64,000 nt of DNA from NCBI GenBank assembly GCA_044892505.1, contig CM097882.1, forward strand, positions 100,254,001 through 100,318,000. Direction: 5' to 3'. The DNA comes from Schmidtea nova. Its lineage: Eukaryota. Made by a program: the position numbers and the translations under genes. Shown one piece after another: positions 60,701-64,000 of the stretch. The number at the start of each line of letters is the position of its first letter. The first letter of the stretch is position 1. The notes under the pieces are model-generated. The model searched no databases, was not told the origin of the DNA, and was given only the letters and a program-made list of their open reading frames with translations.

Positions 60701-61754
60701 TCTTTTTGCATTTTCACTATCGTTGTACCTAAGAGGACAGGGTTAATGTCACTTGTATTATTATTTGAAGTGAACTGGTTGATGTACTGCGTATCACTTT
60801 CATCGGCTGACGATGTCTGATCTGCGAATGTTCCGTGTATCGACTTTGTCAAAGATCTGCAGGCTTTCGCAAAATGATTCATTCTGTCGCAATTCGTACA
60901 CTTCTTTCCAAATGCCGGGCATTTCTTTGGCTCGTGTATTCGATCACAGTAATGACACCTTTGATTTCCTTTCTCTTCGAATTTCCTTGATGTTCCAAGG
61001 TTTGATCTCTTCTTTTTAGTGAAATTGATTTCATCGGTCGTAGAGGTAATTGTAGGTTTTGTTCCATGCTGGAGGGATATGAACGTGGATATCTCCTCAT
61101 ATGTTTGCATTTGTGCGAGGATCTCGTTGCATGTTGGAATCCCAGCACTCATTTGCAGCAAAATCTTTTCCTTAGCATTGATGTCATATATTCCCGATAT
61201 CAATGCCATGAGGAGCATATCCTCGTTGGGGTCAGTTGATTCCTTCAATTTCTTGAAGTCACAATATATAGCAGCTTTCTTGAGTCTGATATAGAAATCT
61301 GCTAATTTCTCTTTCGGTTCCTGTCTTAGCTGATAAAATCTTGCTCTCTCAGCTATTACAACTTTGCTTTTCGGCTGTGTGTGGTTCAATAGCATGGCTT
61401 TGATCTCGCTGAACGTCATCTCCTCTAGCAATTTGGGAGAAGCCATATGTTGGATTTTCGTGAGTGCCTTCAGTCCACATACAGATAGGAAGTTGTCCAT
61501 GATTTGTCTTGATTTGTCACTGTCGACCCACTTATTGGCTCGACTCATCGCACCAAAAGCGGTTAACCATATTTCATCATTGATGTTGTCATCTAGATTC
61601 AATTCTTCCAATCGTGACGCCATTGTTATAATGCACGCATAAGAATTCTTAATATTCAAATTATATTTATTATAAAATGATAAGTTATTTAAACAAAATA
61701 TTAAAACGATAATTAACACGATTATTGTTAATTATCATTGACAATATTATGATA
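57753..61754 (-). mobile_element. Intact compact Ty3/Gypsy (Mag-like) retrotransposon (element 2), 4,002 bp
   Basis: Identical 131-bp LTRs (57753-57883 and 61624-61754), PBS TGGCGTCACGA next to the 5' LTR, short purine tract GAAAGGA before the 3' LTR. Confidence 0.96.
57892..61623 (-). CDS. gag-pol: Single gag-pol polyprotein, 1243 aa
   Basis: Two knuckles CHYCDRIHEPKKC and CTNCDRMNHFAKAC, protease DTGAS, RT YQDD, RNase H TTDAS, integrase H-H-C-C and D,D,E (HMDW, VSDN, SAER); no internal stops. Confidence 0.95.
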   Translation of the reverse strand: MASRLEELNLDDNINDEIWLTAFGAMSRANKWVDSDKSRQIMDNFLSVCGLKALTKIQHMASPKLLEEMTFSEIKAMLLNHTQPKSKVVIAERARFYQLRQEPKEKLADFYIRLKKAAIYCDFKKLKESTDPNEDMLLMALISGIYDINAKEKILLQMSAGIPTCNEILAQMQTYEEISTFISLQHGTKPTITSTTDEINFTKKKRSNLGTSRKFEEKGNQRCHYCDRIHEPKKCPAFGKKCTNCDRMNHFAKACRSLTKSIHGTFADQTSSADESDTQYINQFTSNNNTSDINPVLLGTTIVKMQKDTGASVSIISSKMWEDMGRPKLDKTRRKLEAYDGHIMQCHGSFLTTVEWEKQVLPVTITVIQSMKDFGLIGMDILQQTRHGILQCQITKTTESQVLPAIKGIKASMDLIDDAKPMFCKARPIPLALENKVNDELIRLQRLGVISPCTKPVLNSSPVVWVKKSNGDLRLCVDFKVHINKKIKTDAYPIPNVETIFSKLKNVNKFAKLDLTSAYWQIELDDKAKEISCINTTKGMFIVNRLQMGMKNASAIFQRTMEQILKDIKGILIYQDDVLIYAENEESLRNRLQTVKLRLKEKKVTINQAKTIELTDSVSFLGFEISSKGITPDKSLVSKINNIKEPTCKEEVESFIGLINYFGRLIPNFSDKTRVINELKKKGVKFDWNKECSNQFKALKQEISTYPVVQPYSLEKEATLTTDASKHAIAAVLTQDGHPVIYISRTLSAAEKNYSNIEREALAIVWSISRLQHFLLGRKFKVNTDHQPLQSLFGSESPIPRRTSNRISRWAMLLMQYDYEIYYVMGKQIPHADALSRLKFIDEKEANEEIKTKNTLSVFTVQFSEGLLNASEVRLETSLNKLARDIMRRIKKGNWSKCSQSEMPFKKISDRLTIEDGLLYHGLRLFIPPKLRKKCIDIAHNETHSGLQSTFYRLKASSWWPGIHGDIDNFIRSCVICKKLHPRPEKSIHKWPEAKPFQRVHMDWAHIKEVGDVLIIVDAGSGWIEAFKTSDKTSKSVITCLRTVFTRFGVPECIVSDNAQEFTSHELNAWINSQGAMKLESPAYFPRSNGSAERAVQTVKKALKGWNELRTHCDFNTFLQKILFHHRISSTSRGKSPAEIVFRRQPRAPIMSKFQQGQDIWYKASEDVEPKEGEFIMTKGNNTSYITIESQNDNVTLVSNNQISDRRQIQEVKDAQLTQEKVPAESDIRRSGRHRSKHRCGCC

Positions 61755-62880
61755 ACTATGATGCATACTTTTTTAATAAAGACATAAATTTAAAATAAAA
61801 TAATAATTGATAATATTATTTTGATCACAAAAAATAATAATAATCATAAAAATAATATAATAAAATAAAATTACAGGAATCATGTAGAATAATAGCCAAA
61901 GCAATAACGCAAAAATAGAGACAAACAACTCAAGTGTCAAACAGCAATTTTCCATAAAAGATGGTCAAACTGTAAAGAATTGAAGTGTATACACTTTTAT
62001 AATCAAAGATCGAAACTGACAGTTGGAAGTCTACATAGCAGGAAATGACATGAAATACAGCAAAGTTATTTTACATGAACTGTTAATTCACTAAAAATCC
62101 AAAACAACTAAAAACTAAAAACATTTATTTGTTATTTATTTACTAAATACCAAAAGTAACTAAATATTCAAAGCCTTTTTTGATACTAAAACATTTCTCG
62201 TACTTATGTAGATTGATATCCGATTGAAGTAAATATCCAGCAAAGTCGGAAATCGGATTATTTCACACTGAGAGAACTCACAAAATCCAACATGGAAACA
62301 AAAATAAAACCGAAAATTAAAGAGTAAAGTGGAAATTATTTTAACAAGTTAAATCTTGCCGGTCCATTAGTTTCCAGTAATGCGGAATTTCAACTGATCA
62401 GTAGTGGATTCTGTAGACCGTTATCGCAGCCAACCGAGTAACATATAGCGGATTTAGGTCTGTTTTTTCCTAATTACGAGCCAAGTGCGTCCCTAAACAG
62501 AGAGTGATTCTTCCGAGATTAATATTGTCTCTGGTGAACTTGCACTTTGCCACAGCAATAAATTATTCACACATTGGATCACCAAACAAAGGGGAATCTG
62601 ATCCTTGAAAGTACAAATTTAACTAAGCGCGGTGGCTACGCGATTATTCAGATGAGTAGTAGTGGGTCCAGGGGTTCCTCTTACATATAAACAATTCACC
62701 CTTTCAAAATCTACATTCGACAATCCGATATTCCTAGTTAGGTAAGTGAATCTTCCTTCTATATGTTCATTTTTAGATTTTATATGTTTGTTAATTATTG
62801 TTTATAATTTTTAAATTGTTGTATGAGGCTAGTAGCAACCAATGTTTTATGTGACCTTGTAATTTCTTTATTCTAAAGAT

Positions 62881-63231
62881 ATGGAAAAATCAATTGAAAA
62901 GCTTTGCAAAAGAATGAGCCGCTTCAAGGTGAAGAACGACGAACTCCAGAAGAAGAATCAGGCGATGTCCTTACAATTGACCAGGTTCAATAAGCAATGT
63001 AGCCAATACGAAGCAACCTTGTTCTCCCCGGAGAAAAATAATTCGATGCAAGAAAAGGCCATAGCGGGAGAAAAATTGCTAGGGGAAGCCACCATCCAAC
63101 AAAAAGCTCTCCAGATAGCTCTTCACGAAAAAGAGACCGAGATGGACCGCTATTGTATCGATCGTGGTCTCTTCACCAATATCTATGATTCAATTCGACC
63201 TCAACTAACGGAGTTATTCCCAGTCAAATAA
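62881..63231 (+). CDS. Coiled-coil ORF of unknown function, possibly the 5' part of a longer broken ORF
   Basis: GC-richer 116-aa ORF with heptad-like pattern; upstream donor AG|GTAAGT (about 62741) and acceptor TAAAG (62878); the frame stays open after the stop to about 63510. Confidence 0.4.
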   Translation: MEKSIEKLCKRMSRFKVKNDELQKKNQAMSLQLTRFNKQCSQYEATLFSPEKNNSMQEKAIAGEKLLGEATIQQKALQIALHEKETEMDRYCIDRGLFTNIYDSIRPQLTELFPVK

Positions 63232-63717
63232 TCCTGCAAGTCGATAAATGAGATTCATAAGCCCAGTATAATAAGAACTGGCTCAGAACAAGAGGCGGAG
63301 AGACGCTCGAATAATTGGTCACGTAAAGAAATCCGTCCTGCCTCCTCCAGTAGATCAAGATGCCGACCGAAGACCAAAATCCCAATACCCAGCCAAAACA
63401 TGGATGTTATACAGACATTTGATTTTGCATTTTGTTTTCTTTGTACCATTATTATTAATTATATTTTAGTCATATTTTTAATTATTACCTTGAATTGTGT
63501 TTAAAATTTGTTTGATTCTTTTTTTAGATTTTAAATTAAAATTTGGACGGCAACAATGTTATTCATTAGATCAGTAACAATAAAATTGTTAAAGTATAAA
63601 TACCACAACTTTAAATCTTCGAAACATTAAGGTATAGCAACATATAGAAAGTAAATGATAAATTAAAGGAAAAGGATCGAACATCGAAATGAGCTTATAT
63701 CCTCTATCAACAGCCCC

Positions 63718-63830
63718 TGATCTTTTTTTTAATATTAATTTCAATAATTCTCATAATGGAAAGACTATAGATCAAGATTTTTAAATAAGTACACAATATT
63801 TCAGAACAGTCTTTATCAAGTGTGTATTAC
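63718..63830 (+). repeat. Foldback family A, left arm only
   Basis: 63718-63770 is identical to 57700-57752, which abuts the Gypsy 2 LTR. Confidence 0.8.
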
Positions 63831-64000
63831 AATCGTTATATTAACTTAATCCTAAATACTAACCTTAATTATTTATTTTATATTTTATTTTATAATGATT
63901 TTATTGGAGAAAAATAAATTTATTTTAATTTTCTTTTTAAACATGATTTTTTTTTGTGCGAATTGAATTGTTGATGACGGTTTGTATTTTTTTATGTAAA

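Noticed and set aside
58277-61642. Plus-strand ORFs antisense to Gypsy 2 pol (likewise antisense ORFs in polB, the GPCR and the MULE)
   Set aside because: Expected shadow ORFs of long coding frames; no motifs.
1-64000. rRNA or tRNA genes
   Set aside because: No recognisable rRNA segments or cloverleaf/box A-B signatures were seen; the only tRNA-related sequences are the two PBSs.

Overview
Very AT-rich, repeat-dense animal genomic DNA. The short introns, GPCR type and transposons would fit a flatworm, but the host cannot be proven from sequence. Several tracts are N-masked. The only intact host gene is an intronless class A peptide GPCR (12471-13733, -). The centrepiece is an apparently complete 18.9-kb Maverick/Polinton (adintovirus-type endogenous virus, 25883-44808). 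It has AG...CT ends, long TIRs, a perfect 6-bp TSD (TTTGTG), pPolB, hexon-like and penton-like capsids, adenain protease, A32 ATPase and rve integrase. Three unusual things can be read from it. (1) At least seven predicted GT-AG introns: one splits the integrase just after a catalytic Asp, one follows the protease start codon, and four turn pPolB into a five-exon gene with in-frame symmetric exons. (2) A virus-encoded TBP-like gene, together with TATAAA boxes about 30-40 nt upstream of most structural genes and a separate CCAAT+TATA promoter class. (3) TIRs packed with AP-1, EGR, E2F and Sox consensus sites. The virus sits inside a solo LTR, which itself interrupts an older decayed Polinton of the same lineage and orientation (relics from 23.6 to 49.4 kb). 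Also present: a decayed Gypsy inside a (TA)n tract, an intact 4.0-kb Mag-like Gypsy with identical LTRs, a MULE, a Penelope relic, hAT and piggyBac MITEs, foldback palindromes, and actin and CDP-DAG synthase pseudogene fragments. Splice models, protein homologies and motif functions were assigned by eye, not by database search.
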